A DNA stretch of 64,000 nt, from assembly GCA_048938895.1 (NCBI GenBank), contig JBHLLU010000005.1, positions 32,001 through 96,000 on the forward strand, written 5' to 3'. A model generated the notes under the pieces. That model did not search any database, was not told where the DNA came from, and was given only the letters and a program-made list of their open reading frames with translations. Origin of the DNA: Promethearchaeota archaeon. GTDB lineage: Archaea > Asgardarchaeota > Lokiarchaeia > Sigyniarchaeales > SOKP01. Shown piece by piece: positions 59,333 to 64,000 of this stretch. Made by a program: the position numbers and the translations under genes. Positions within the stretch are counted from its first letter, which is position 1. Every line of letters starts with the position of its first letter.

Positions 59333-59947
59333 ATGAGTAGATTAAGAGAAATTGAAGAAGAATGGATCCCTAAAACTCGTTTAGGAGAATTAGTTAAACA
59401 AGGACTCATCACATTAGACAAGATCTATCAGAATAATTTAGTAGTTAAGGAAAAAGAAATTATAAATACTTTACTCCCACAGGTTAAAGAAGACGTTATA
59501 CATATAGCAATGGTTCAACAAATGACAGCAAGTGGTCAACGCAGCAGATTCAAAGCTGTAGTAATTGTAGGAACAGATGGTTTTATCGGGATTGGATCTG
59601 GAAAAAGTCGAGAGGTTGGACCTGCAATAAGGAAGGCAATTGATAAAGCAAAACTTTCAATTGTACCTGTACTTAGAGGCTGCGGAAGTAAGGAGTGTGG
59701 TTGCGGAGGAACTCACAGTGTTCCTTTTAAAATAGAAGGAAAATGTGGATCTGTAAGAATTCAACTTATTCCTGCCCCAGTTGGAGTGGGTTTAGCCTGT
59801 GCTGACAAAGTAAAGCAAGTACTAAAATTATGTGGTGTCGAAGATGTCTGGAGTAAGACTTTCGGTGATACTCGTACGAGTGAGAATCTTGTGAAGGCAA
59901 CTTTTGATGCTATAAAAAACGCTCATAAATATAACTTCAATCTATAA
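59333..59947 (+). CDS. rps5: 30S ribosomal protein uS5
   Basis: WIPKTRLG, GQRSRFKA and GKCGSVRIQLIPAP. Confidence 0.97.
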   Translation: MSRLREIEEEWIPKTRLGELVKQGLITLDKIYQNNLVVKEKEIINTLLPQVKEDVIHIAMVQQMTASGQRSRFKAVVIVGTDGFIGIGSGKSREVGPAIRKAIDKAKLSIVPVLRGCGSKECGCGGTHSVPFKIEGKCGSVRIQLIPAPVGVGLACADKVKQVLKLCGVEDVWSKTFGDTRTSENLVKATFDAIKNAHKYNFNL

Positions 59948-59960
59948 GAAATCGAGTGGT

Positions 59961-60491
59961 GTGAATATGGCAATGGCAAAAAAGAAAATTAAATCAAAAG
60001 AAATAGAATATATACCTAAGCTCTATTTTGCAGTTCGTGTTAGAGGAGCACCAGGTATGAAACGTAAGATTCTTGATACCCTTAAAATGCTAAGAATGCA
60101 TAAAGTAAATCATGGGGTTCTTATTTGGGCAACGAAAAGCTATAATGGAATGTTAGTAAAGTGTAAAGATTACATAAGTTATGGAGAAATTGACGAAAAG
60201 ACTCTAATTAGATTATTGCGAGTAAGAGGAAGAGTTGAAGGAAATAAGCCACTCACGGAGGAATATTTGAAAACATTAACTAATTTCAAGACTTTTAAAG
60301 AACTTTCTAAGGCATTATTAAGTGGAGAAACTCAATATCGACCACAAGATCTATATAAAATCAAACCTGTATTTCGATTGCATCCTCCAAGAAAAGGATA
60401 TCGAGGGAGTATAAAACATCATTATTCAGAAGGCGGCACTTTAGGGTACGTTGGTGTTTATATTAATGAATTAATTCATAAAATGTTATGA
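59961..60491 (+). CDS. rpl30: 50S ribosomal protein uL30 (long archaeal form)
   Basis: AVRVRG, TLKMLR and FRLHPPRKG. The start may be ATG 59967 or 59973. Confidence 0.96.
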   Translation: MNMAMAKKKIKSKEIEYIPKLYFAVRVRGAPGMKRKILDTLKMLRMHKVNHGVLIWATKSYNGMLVKCKDYISYGEIDEKTLIRLLRVRGRVEGNKPLTEEYLKTLTNFKTFKELSKALLSGETQYRPQDLYKIKPVFRLHPPRKGYRGSIKHHYSEGGTLGYVGVYINELIHKML

Positions 60492-60505
60492 TTTAAGGTG
60501 ATTAA

Positions 60506-60985
60506 ATGAGAAATCATCCCAAAAAAGTAAGAAAAATGAGAGGAAGGAGAACTCATGGGTATGGCAGAGTAGGGCAGCATAGAAAAACAGGACAACGCGC
60601 AGGGAGAGGAAAAACAACTCAATGGAAAAAGAGTAAAAAAAGTTATTACCTAAAACAAAAAGAATTAGGATTTCCTGATCCTGACTGGGATATTGGAAAA
60701 AAAGGTTTTAAAAGACCACAAGATATCACTCGCATTTATCAAGTTAATACTCTTAATGTCAAAGATTTAGACCATAAGATTGACTCTTTTGTGTTAAATA
60801 ATAAAGCTACTAAATCAGGAAATACATATACTATTAATTTAAACGATCTTAATATTCAGAAAATATTAGGACGTGGGGAACTTAATAAAAAAATTAATAT
60901 CACCGTTAATAGCGCTTCTAAGAAAGCAATTGAGAAAGTAGAAGCTGCGGGTGGAAAAATCGAGTTACTTGCAAAGATTACTTAG
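60506..60985 (+). CDS. rpl15: 50S ribosomal protein uL15
   Basis: RGRRTHGYG, GKKGF, KILGRG and AIEKVEAAGG. Confidence 0.97.
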   Translation: MRNHPKKVRKMRGRRTHGYGRVGQHRKTGQRAGRGKTTQWKKSKKSYYLKQKELGFPDPDWDIGKKGFKRPQDITRIYQVNTLNVKDLDHKIDSFVLNNKATKSGNTYTINLNDLNIQKILGRGELNKKINITVNSASKKAIEKVEAAGGKIELLAKIT

Positions 60986-61052
60986 ACTAGGAAATTAGGT
61001 TTTTTGCTACTTCTTCATTAAAATTCTATAATTACTTTATATCAGAACAAGT

Positions 61053-61205
61053 ATGGACTCTAATCAAAATAACGGACCGGACGAAATTGATTCAAAGACA
61101 AGCAACAATAATAAGAAAAGACGGAATAAATGCCTAATCATTTTTCTAGTAATTTTAATTGTAATGATGCTTCCTTCTACTTTAGCTTTCCTTGCTATAT
61201 TTTAA
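61053..61205 (+). CDS. 50-aa tail-anchored membrane peptide
   Basis: MDSNQNNGPDEIDSKTSNNNKKRRNKCLIIFLVILIVMMLPSTLAFLAIF: polar N-terminus, basic patch, C-terminal TM. Its stop overlaps the stop of the convergent gene. Below the ORF-track cutoff. Confidence 0.6.
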   Translation: MDSNQNNGPDEIDSKTSNNNKKRRNKCLIIFLVILIVMMLPSTLAFLAIF

Positions 61206-61855
61206 TAGATCATTTTTTGGACTAGTTGGATTAATCCCGGCAGAATGAAAATAAATCCGAGGGTATTTCCTACAAGATGTATAATTGTAAATGGAAAAGC
61301 AACAGGATTAAAAAAATAAGGTATAAATGCTTTAATTGTCCCATAATTCGTTAGAACATCCACTAATGCTGCAAAAACTTGATAACTTGTAGTAATCATA
61401 AACCCAAGAGAACCGAAAAAAATCATCTTTGAAACCGTATAGAATTCCTCTTTTTCTTTTAACGCCTTTCGATCTCTTAAGAATTGCTTTGAAAGTGCTC
61501 CTAATAATCCTGTTATTGTATAATGTACTAATTGAAATGCATATAAAGGTAAGTAGTAACCATATGGGTTGAAAAAACAAAATATTGATGAACTCAGAAA
61601 GCCTACTATCATTCCATCTCTTCTTCCCATTATAAATCCTGATAAAAAGATCATTAATGTTACAAGCTCAATGTTGGTAAGTTCAATTAAAATATATCCC
61701 AATATTATCGATAAAGCTGAGAAAATACTAATCAAAGTCAATCGAAATGATTTTCTCTCCAACCAAACTGAGTGATTTTCTGTCTCTCTTTCTAAATCTA
61801 CAATTTCAACAGATACTTTGTCTTTTTTTATTGATTGTGCTTCCAATTTCTCCAA
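61202..61855 (-). CDS. ECF transporter S component-like membrane protein
   Basis: LISIFSALS, NIELVT, G...G..VG, FFNPYG and HLVGN; about 5-6 TMs. Confidence 0.75.
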   Translation of the reverse strand: MEKLEAQSIKKDKVSVEIVDLERETENHSVWLERKSFRLTLISIFSALSIILGYILIELTNIELVTLMIFLSGFIMGRRDGMIVGFLSSSIFCFFNPYGYYLPLYAFQLVHYTITGLLGALSKQFLRDRKALKEKEEFYTVSKMIFFGSLGFMITTSYQVFAALVDVLTNYGTIKAFIPYFFNPVAFPFTIIHLVGNTLGFIFILPGLIQLVQKMIY

Positions 61856-62013
61856 TATAAATCTCTGAAAAATAGTAATCTTCTATGGTTACAATAAGGA
61901 AGGAACCTATTTAAAGATATGGAAACTTATCCTACGAGACTAGAGCTCCTAATCATAATAAAATAAGTCAAGGGAAAGATAAGGTTTAAGGAAAATAATA
62001 CTTAAACTAATTT

Positions 62014-62427
62014 TCAATAATCAACTTTGAAATATTTCTTTAGGTTCTTAATATCAGTTTCTGTAGATTTTGGTTTTTTATTATAAACTTCATTAGGATA
62101 ATTTTTTAAAGAATATTCAGCTAATTGAAAAAGAACCTTGTTAAGAGCTTCCCCTTTTTTTGTTAAAGAATAATAAATCTCTACTGGGGTTGTAGAATAA
62201 ATTTTTTTCTCAATTAATCCTGAATTTTTTAATTCTTTTAACCGTAATGAGAGCATTTTTGTGCTAATTTGAGGATTTGAATCTAAGAATTCTGAAAACC
62301 TTTTTTTACCTTTAAATAAATCTCGGATTATCTGCATCGTCCATTTTTTACCTAAAAATCTCATTGCTACTTCTATAGGGCATTTCTTCATATTTTCTAA
62401 ATCTTCCCAGACTTCCATTTTTCTCAC
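62014..62427 (-). CDS. HxlR family winged-helix transcriptional regulator
   Basis: CPIEVAMRFLGKKW, KRFSE, ISTKMLSLRLKEL and YSLTKKG. Confidence 0.93.
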   Translation of the reverse strand: MRKMEVWEDLENMKKCPIEVAMRFLGKKWTMQIIRDLFKGKKRFSEFLDSNPQISTKMLSLRLKELKNSGLIEKKIYSTTPVEIYYSLTKKGEALNKVLFQLAEYSLKNYPNEVYNKKPKSTETDIKNLKKYFKVDY

Positions 62428-62535
62428 AATATTACTTATTAGTATCTATTTAGTTTAAATAGTATAAAAGTTTGTTACTTTATCATACTTTATAACCTTT
62501 TGTAATATAGAAAATTACCTTATAAGTGTTTAAAA

Positions 62536-63000
62536 TTGGAAAATATTATTCTGATAAAAGAAGAACTAGATTGTACTACCAATATAGCTTTTGAAATGTT
62601 TACTAAAAATACGTTTTTGGAGAGATGGTTAACTGAAAAAGCTGATGTAATACCGAGAGTTGGTGGCAAATATGAACTCTATTGGGAACCGGAAAATAGA
62701 GACAATAATAGTACTATTGGTTGTAAAATTACTGGAATTGAGAAAGGTAGATTTTTATCATTTAACTGGAAAGGTCCAGTTCAATTTAAATCTTTTATGA
62801 ATTTTGTTGATCCTTTAACTCATGTAATTGTATTTTTTACTCAAATTTTTTCTAATCCAAAAAAAACTACCATTAATCTATTCCATACAGGATGGAGAAA
62901 GAACCCAGAATGGCAAGAGGCTCGAAATTATTTTGAAAAAGCTTGGACAAATGCATTAAAGAAATTACAGGAAAAAATTAAAAACAAAACACTACCCTAA
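62536..63000 (+). CDS. SRPBCC (AHSA1/START-like) domain protein
   Basis: FT...LERW, RVGGKY, LSFNW and LFHTGW...W; divergent from the HxlR gene. Confidence 0.85.
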   Translation: MENIILIKEELDCTTNIAFEMFTKNTFLERWLTEKADVIPRVGGKYELYWEPENRDNNSTIGCKITGIEKGRFLSFNWKGPVQFKSFMNFVDPLTHVIVFFTQIFSNPKKTTINLFHTGWRKNPEWQEARNYFEKAWTNALKKLQEKIKNKTLP

Positions 63001-63079
63001 TTTACTACGCTTCTTTTTATTAAAATTAACTAAAACATTAAACAAATTTATTTAGTTTATATCATAGTGTATACATTAT

Positions 63080-64000
63080 ATGATTAATGATCTGTTAATT
63101 ATTAACGAATCTGGAGCGTTACTGTATAGTTGGCACCCACAAGGTCATGAAAGTAATGGTAAGGAGGATTTACTTAGTGGATTTTTAACTGCGTTGAACA
63201 GTTTTGCAACTATTGAACGTGGAGAAGATATCAAATCCCTTCAATTAAAAGAAACCAAGATCATATTTGAGAAATATGATAAGTTATTCCAGCAACTTAC
63301 TTTTGTCATAACGACAAAAAACGAAGAATTAATTGAACTTCTACACGCTTTACTCCATCAAATAATGAATAGTTTTACTGCTAAGTTTATGGATAATTTA
63401 AACAAGGAATTTACTGGATCTATTACAGAATTTCGAAATTTTGACCAAGTTATGGAAAGTATCGTAAGTTCATATGGTTTGGATGTAATTAATGGTCTCA
63501 TAAAGCAAGTTGATGAGGGAGGGGTCTTAAAATCAGTTATTTTTCTAGATGGAAAAGGAGGAAATATATTCTATATCTATGCTAAACATTATGTAAACAA
63601 GGATAAAATAAGTTTTCTCATACCATTAATTATGAGTTCTGCAAAATTACTCTATCAAACAAATTTAAATGAAAAATTGAACTGGATTCTACTTACTACG
63701 GTTCATAATGAAAACTTATTAGTAGAACCGAGAGATAGAATACTTATTGTGAAACAATATCAGCTAATGGAAGATATTGAAGAAGATCTTTTATCTTTGG
63801 ATTTTTTCAAACAGAATGAAAAATATCTTAAGAAACCCAAAAAAATTGTAGAAAAATTTGAGATTTTAAAATATGATCCAAAAATTAAGCAAATTTCTCT
63901 TGTAGATCTATTGGGAAAAGTTTTATATACTTCTATTTTTGATGCCAATTATGATTGTTCAGAATTTATACCAGAAACAATAAGTTTTTTAACTTCTTCT
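63080..64000 (+). CDS. Multi-domain longin/roadblock protein, 5' part (runs off the window)
   Basis: Open for 307 codons from ATG 63080: MINDLLIINESGALLY...DLLSGFLTALNSFA...FRNFD (longin), then LKSVIFLDGKGGNIFY and IKQISLVDLLGKVLYTS (two more roadblock/longin-type starts). Confidence 0.7.
   Translation, partial: MINDLLIINESGALLYSWHPQGHESNGKEDLLSGFLTALNSFATIERGEDIKSLQLKETKIIFEKYDKLFQQLTFVITTKNEELIELLHALLHQIMNSFTAKFMDNLNKEFTGSITEFRNFDQVMESIVSSYGLDVINGLIKQVDEGGVLKSVIFLDGKGGNIFYIYAKHYVNKDKISFLIPLIMSSAKLLYQTNLNEKLNWILLTTVHNENLLVEPRDRILIVKQYQLMEDIEEDLLSLDFFKQNEKYLKKPKKIVEKFEILKYDPKIKQISLVDLLGKVLYTSIFDANYDCSEFIPETISFLTSS

Noticed and set aside
61053-61205. SNARE assignment for the tail-anchored peptide
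   Set aside because: It is too short and has no heptad SNARE motif; only the generic tail anchor is shared.
62430-62530. Inverted repeats (CTATTTA-gtt-TAAATAG; TACT-tatt-AGTA) as an HxlR operator
   Set aside because: Plausible location, but short AT-only palindromes are expected by chance here and cannot be supported without comparative data.
304-63948. Many short antisense or alternate-frame ORFs (e.g. 304-558, 3903-4313, 12725-13027, 19426-19764, 22245-22628, 53857-54171, 55930-56259, 57324-57698, 63760-63948)
   Set aside because: They overlap confidently identified genes wholly or almost wholly, show no motifs and have shadow-like composition.
1-64000. CRISPR arrays, transposases, proviral genes, rRNA
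   Set aside because: No regularly spaced repeats, transposase or integrase motifs, or long GC-rich structured RNA were seen.

Overview
AT-rich archaeal chromosomal segment, most likely from an Asgard archaeon of the Lokiarchaeia type. This is inferred from the archaeal ribosomal proteins together with eukaryotic-signature genes: roadblock, longin, V4R/TRAPP-like, ribophorin I and OSTC/DC2-like. No mobile element, CRISPR array or rRNA is visible. From left to right the window holds: partial cofE; a LipS1-ligase-LipS2 lipoylation cassette; a chimeric bacterial-type LeuRS; bacterial-type TIM; hdrC; thioredoxin; a V4R/roadblock cluster; MetAP; Sec61beta head-to-head with ribophorin I; Trm112; a tRNA-Gln(UUG) with two non-canonical introns; CcdA; an AglH/ALG7-M48-UbiA operon; a Dpp/Opp ABC transporter; an RNA-methyltransferase/RadA-paralogue/RPC34(TFEbeta) block; gcvH; peptidases; the uS19-uL15 ribosomal protein operon; and a partial multi-longin/roadblock gene. 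The top candidate for novelty is an unannotated ORF at 20051-20380. It encodes a single-TM protein with an in-frame UGA in a CxxU motif, a frame that stays open for 54 more codons, and a eukaryote-like SECIS hairpin, and it converges on a CcdA/DsbD-type transporter. It is a candidate new membrane selenoprotein redox system. Other notable points are a scattered set of ER-like glycosylation subunits (RPN1, DC2/OSTC, DPM2, ALG7, Sec61beta), an AUU-initiated uS14, and a tail-anchored micropeptide where secY usually sits. All homology calls are by-eye motif recognition, not database searches.
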